A stretch of DNA of 64,000 nucleotides, from contig JBHLMN010000014.1 in assembly GCA_048938105.1 (NCBI GenBank), positions 64,001 through 128,000 on the forward strand, in the 5' to 3' direction. Shown here in pieces: positions 61,915 to 64,000 of this stretch (positions are counted from its first letter, which is position 1; each line of letters opens with the position of its first letter). The position numbers and the translations under genes are program-made. A model generated the notes under the pieces. The model made no database searches. It had not been told where the DNA came from and saw nothing but the letters and a program-made list of their open reading frames with translations. Source of the DNA: Promethearchaeota archaeon. GTDB taxonomy: Archaea > Asgardarchaeota > Heimdallarchaeia > Hodarchaeales > Hodarchaeaceae.

Positions 61915-64000
61915 ATGGTATCAATTGCCTTATTAATGGATCCAATTAACCTTTTTGCCTCGTTACTTCTCACGTTCTCCCCCATAATAATTTTATTCTT
62001 TCCTTATCTTATTACACGGCGAAAAGATGAAAATATTTTTGCAGTCATCTTTAATCGTGCTTATATTGGCTTTATTGTTTTTTATTTGGCATATTTCATC
62101 TTTCCCAGTATCTTAAACGCTTTTGTGCCACACCCGACTCAATATATGGATCAGGAGTATTATCCTGTTTCAGGTACAGGTGTGTGGGAAGGAGACTATA
62201 CTACTATATGGGATTCAGCTGCGAGTCCTGTACAAGCTACAATTCCAGGAATGCCCATGTTAGTTCGCTATCTGTTTCAGCATTTTGTAAATTCAATTGT
62301 TAATTATTTATATTATCCAATCATTATTCTAGCGTTTGTTTTCGGTATTTCCCCAATTGTTTCAATGATAATACTGTTATACCAGACTTGGAGCGATAAA
62401 CGTAACGAAAAGAAACCTCTCAGACGGCTAATCAAGCAAAATAATGAGGAACTTAAAATTCTTTTGAACAGGCAAAGAGCTGCCAGCGAAGACGAGCTTC
62501 AAGAGATTGGCCGAGAAATTAATGAGTTAGAAAAAGATATTCTTAGTTTAAAGCAGCAAACAGAAGAAGTCCGAAGTGTTACTCAACGATTAAAAGAGAT
62601 TCAGTTTGAAATGGAAGTTTCACCGTTTCAAGAAATCAGAAAACGGGTGAAAGAAAAAGAGTGGGCAAATGAAAGGGAGTTATTAAAAGTACTCATTGCC
62701 ATCCTTCCCATTACACTATTTTTACTTATGACGATCTTACGTCTCCTAGGAGAAACCGAAAATCCCAGCTTACTTCAAGGTACTTCAATGGGTTGGTTTT
62801 TAGAGATATTCTTTGCATACATTGCAACACTTGTATTTAGTGTGTACCTGATTAAAGCAAGTAACTTGTCTCGTAAAGGTAAATTCCTAGGAAATCAACT
62901 ATACATTGCAATGGTTCAGAGCTTATCGACTGTAGGGGCAGTTACATCAGGATTAGCTGTTATTCTCTTCTTATTCGAGTATTTCGATCAGATTTTTGTT
63001 ATTTCCTATTTCGTGGTTTACTTCATTATGGTTTCGATATTCTTTGTACTTTTTCTGGATATTTTTGAACCTTTTTCGATTTATTTGCTAATAAAGCTCA
63101 TCGAATCATTTAAAAATCTTAAATTGACAGTTAAAAGAATTGATCGTACTAATATCCTAAAATCAACCGCTGTGGGAATTGTTATTGGTTTTCTTCTTGC
63201 AATTGGGTTTCTCGTTTACCGTGTTATTCTCACAGGTATAGCCCGTAATATTGAAACTGTTCAATATGATACCTTCTTTTGGATAACTCAAAATTGCATT
63301 AGCTTTCTTATCTGTGCTGCGTTGATCTTATTCTTTAGAAGATGGAATTGGAGTGTATTTGGAACAACACTAGTGATATTTGTGTCAATATCTACTGTTA
63401 GTTTCTTGGTCTTTGGCTGGTTTGATCTAAAATGGTACACGCTATTAGGTTTACCCACCTCGATTTTCCGGATTGGTGGTGTTCCTTTAATTCCTCCATT
63501 TATCACTCTCACTTCCATCTTTGCTGGTTTGACTCAGGGGTGGGAACTAAAGTGGCTAACTTCTGTCTGGAAAGAAGGTGTCTTCAATGAGGTACAATTT
63601 ATAATCCCTGAATTACGTCAGATTCCTGTGATCTGGCAAGGGCAGGGAGGAACCTTCCTCGGAATTCTATCTATTCCCTATAACCTTTTACATCCTTTTG
63701 CAATAATATTAACCTATGGTGCGATTTTATTCTTAGCTCGGCGAAAATTTCATGTAAAAACACAGAAAAGTGACAAAGAAGGGGAAGAAAAAATCCAATT
63801 TAGGTCAATTTTTTCTGAAATGGGAAGATTGCCTAATTTAGGTGAATTACGGAATAAATCGGATATAATTCTGGTTGGAACGACACCTAGTGATGATCCT
63901 GAAGTGAGGCAAAAGGTAGATGAAGCCTGGGTATCAATCGAGAATGGACAACAGCTGCGTGATGCTATCACTGGGACACTTAAACCTTTGAATGAAATAG
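61915..64000 (+). CDS. Large multi-pass membrane protein with a coiled-coil loop (runs off the window)
   Basis: Hand translation from ATG 61915 (MVSIALLMDPINLF...) stays open to the end; many TM segments and a heptad-rich loop (LQEIGREINELEKDILSLKQQ). Confidence 0.8.
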   Translation, partial: MVSIALLMDPINLFASLLLTFSPIIILFFPYLITRRKDENIFAVIFNRAYIGFIVFYLAYFIFPSILNAFVPHPTQYMDQEYYPVSGTGVWEGDYTTIWDSAASPVQATIPGMPMLVRYLFQHFVNSIVNYLYYPIIILAFVFGISPIVSMIILLYQTWSDKRNEKKPLRRLIKQNNEELKILLNRQRAASEDELQEIGREINELEKDILSLKQQTEEVRSVTQRLKEIQFEMEVSPFQEIRKRVKEKEWANERELLKVLIAILPITLFLLMTILRLLGETENPSLLQGTSMGWFLEIFFAYIATLVFSVYLIKASNLSRKGKFLGNQLYIAMVQSLSTVGAVTSGLAVILFLFEYFDQIFVISYFVVYFIMVSIFFVLFLDIFEPFSIYLLIKLIESFKNLKLTVKRIDRTNILKSTAVGIVIGFLLAIGFLVYRVILTGIARNIETVQYDTFFWITQNCISFLICAALILFFRRWNWSVFGTTLVIFVSISTVSFLVFGWFDLKWYTLLGLPTSIFRIGGVPLIPPFITLTSIFAGLTQGWELKWLTSVWKEGVFNEVQFIIPELRQIPVIWQGQGGTFLGILSIPYNLLHPFAIILTYGAILFLARRKFHVKTQKSDKEGEEKIQFRSIFSEMGRLPNLGELRNKSDIILVGTTPSDDPEVRQKVDEAWVSIENGQQLRDAITGTLKPLNEI

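Noticed and set aside
1-64000. CRISPR array or rRNA gene
   Set aside because: No regularly spaced direct repeats and no rRNA-like sequence seen.

Overview
AT-rich archaeal chromosome segment, almost certainly Asgard and most like Heimdallarchaeia/Hodarchaeales. This is inferred from ARPC4-like, Roadblock, Rab-like, eL22, eL38 and alpha-SNAP-like genes alongside a standard archaeal core. Core content: cofE, argF, site-2 protease, coaD, dnaG, histone, uL16-pth2-pelota, HDAC, hypAB, ftsZ, trm11, lonB, the nob1/aIF5A and proteasome-SBDS-exosome-prefoldin superoperon, cdc48 with a 507-aa LAGLIDADG intein, EF1B, a pilin, and a membrane-anchored regulator followed by two paralogous surface proteins. 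The non-coding content is the most striking. (1) A glycine-type tRNA is split into a 5' half (4671-4708) and a 3' half (7399-7462) about 2.7 kb apart. The halves form a correctly registered bulge-helix-bulge (BHB) splice motif and enclose an intact tRNA-Gly(CCC) plus a 715-aa multi-PD-(D/E)XK-like ORF; predicted splicing gives a Gly body with a CAU anticodon. (2) Three unannotated box C/D guide RNAs, one predicted to target the SSU rRNA G equivalent to yeast Gm1271/human Gm1328. (3) An unidentified ~250-nt structured RNA with its own TATA box. (4) An IscB element with an intact-looking omegaRNA but an internally deleted iscB. (5) tRNAs with non-canonical introns. (6) A 30.5-39 kb accessory region with attC-like motifs. 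All calls were made by eye, without database searches.
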